64,000 nt of DNA from Eledone cirrhosa. Its lineage: Eukaryota. Below are positions 62,209 through 64,000 of this stretch, piece after piece. How positions within the stretch are numbered: position 1 is the stretch's first letter; every line of letters begins with the position of its first letter. Under the pieces are notes generated by a model that ran no database searches, had not been told where the DNA came from, and was given only the letters and a program-made list of their open reading frames with translations. A program made the translations under genes and the position numbers. The DNA lies in assembly GCA_964016885.1 (NCBI GenBank), contig OZ024743.1, forward strand, positions 240,870,001-240,934,000, read 5' to 3'.

Positions 62209-64000
62209 AACCAACAACAAAACCCTATCACCACCACCATCAACAACAACATCATCACAACAACCAACAACAAAACACTATCACCACCACCATCAACAAC
62301 AACATCATCATCACAACCAACAAGCAAAACCCTATCACCACCACCATCAACAACAACATCATCACAACAACCAACAACAAAACCCTATCACCACCACCAT
62401 CAACAACAACATCATCATCACAACCAACAACAAAACCCTGTCACCACCACCATCAACAACAACATCATCATCACAACCAACAACAAAACCCTATCACCAC
62501 CACCATCAACAACAACATCATCACAACAACCAACAACAAAACCCTATCACCACCACCATCAACAACAACATCATCACAACAACCAACAACAAAACCCTAT
62601 CACCACCACCATCAACAACAACATCATCACAACATCAAACAACAAAACCCTATCACCACCATCAACAACAACATCATCATCACAACCAACAACAAAACCC
62701 TATCACCACCACCATCAACAACAACATCATCACAACAACCAACAACAAAACCCTATCACCACCACCACCAACAACAACATCATCATCACAACCAACAACA
62801 AAACCCTATCACCACCACCACCAACAACAACATCATCACAACAACCAACAACAAAACACTATCACCACCACCATCAACAACGACATCATCATCACAACCA
62901 ACAACAAAACCCTATCACCACCACCATCAACAACAACATCATCACAACAACCAACAACAAAACCCTATCACCACCACCATCAACAACAACATCATCATCA
63001 CAACCAACAACAAAACCGTGTCACCACCACCATCAACAACAACATCATCATCACAACCAACAACAAAACCCTATCACCACCACCATCAACAACAACATCA
63101 TCACAACATCCAACAACAAAACCCTATCACCACCATCAACAACAACATCATCATCACAACCAACAACAAAACACTATAACCACCACCATCAACAAAAACA
63201 TCATCACAACAACCAAAAACAAAACCCTATCACCACCACCATCAACAACAACATCATCATCACAACCAACAACAAAACCCTATCACCACCACCATCAACA
63301 ACAACAACATCACAACAACCAACAACAAAACCCTATCACCACCACCATCAACAACAACATCATCATCACAACCAACAACAAACCCTGTCACCACCACCAT
63401 CAACAACAACATCATCATCACAACCAACAACAAAACCCTATCACCACCACCATCAACAACGACATCATCACAACATCCAACAACAAAACCCTATCACCAC
63501 CATCAACAACAACACCATCATCACAACCAACAACAAAACCCTATCACCACCACCATCAACAAAAACATCATCACAACAACCAACAACAAAACCCTATCAC
63601 CACCACCATCAACAACAACATCATCATCACAACCCACAACAAAACCCTATCACCACCACCATCAACAACAACATCATCATCACAACCAACAACAAAACCC
63701 TATCACCACCACCATCAACAACAACATCATCATCACAACCAACAACAAAACCCTATCACCACCACCATCAACAAAACATCATCACAACAACCAAAAACAA
63801 AACCCTATCACCACCACCATCAACAACAACATCATCATCACAACCAACAACAAACCCTGTCACCACCACCATCAACAACAACATCATCATCACAACCAAC
63901 AACAAAACCCTATCACCACCACCATCAACAACAACATCATCACAACAACCAACAACAAAACCCTATCACCACCACCACCAACAACAACATCATCATCACA
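62209..64000. repeat. ~53-bp minisatellite, more than 30 copies, running off the window
   Basis: Unit aaccctatcaccaccaccatcaacaacaacatcatca(t/c)...caaccaacaacaa, with 50-54 bp variants. Confidence 0.95.

Noticed and set aside
61983-63179. 398-aa His/Gln/Thr-rich ORF
   Set aside because: Spans the N gap and a 53-bp minisatellite whose unit is not a multiple of three, so it cycles through all frames.
62209-64000. Telomere-like AACCCT in each minisatellite unit
   Set aside because: Only one hexamer per 53 bp and no (TTAGGG)n run; not enough to call subtelomeric.

Overview
AT-rich, microsatellite-saturated animal DNA. The SINE and simple-repeat landscape suggests an octopus or other cephalopod genome (inference). 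No host protein-coding gene is convincing, and most ORF-track entries are translations of simple repeats. Main contents: (1) a ~16-kb head-to-tail array (38344-54302) of five R4/Dong-clade RLE non-LTR retrotransposons from two divergent families, separated by (AAT)n. Two have uninterrupted ORFs (1130 and 1216 aa), and the two families share a homologous 5' leader and a covarying 3' stem-loop. (2) A second, minus-strand R4-like tandem embedded in (CATA)n. (3) At least six unrelated short elements embedded in (TA)n that carry minimal type I hammerhead ribozymes, one tied to a Penelope-like GIY-YIG C-terminus. Most have fold-back 5' inversions ending at TATA-like words, which points to microsatellite-driven twin priming. 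(4) Many tRNA-derived SINEs, including repeated insertion at one nick; RTE-derived elements; a non-autonomous Helitron; decayed hAT and Tc1/mariner transposons; satellites; and a 200-N gap. All calls were made by eye, and boundaries are approximate unless a TSD or motif is quoted.
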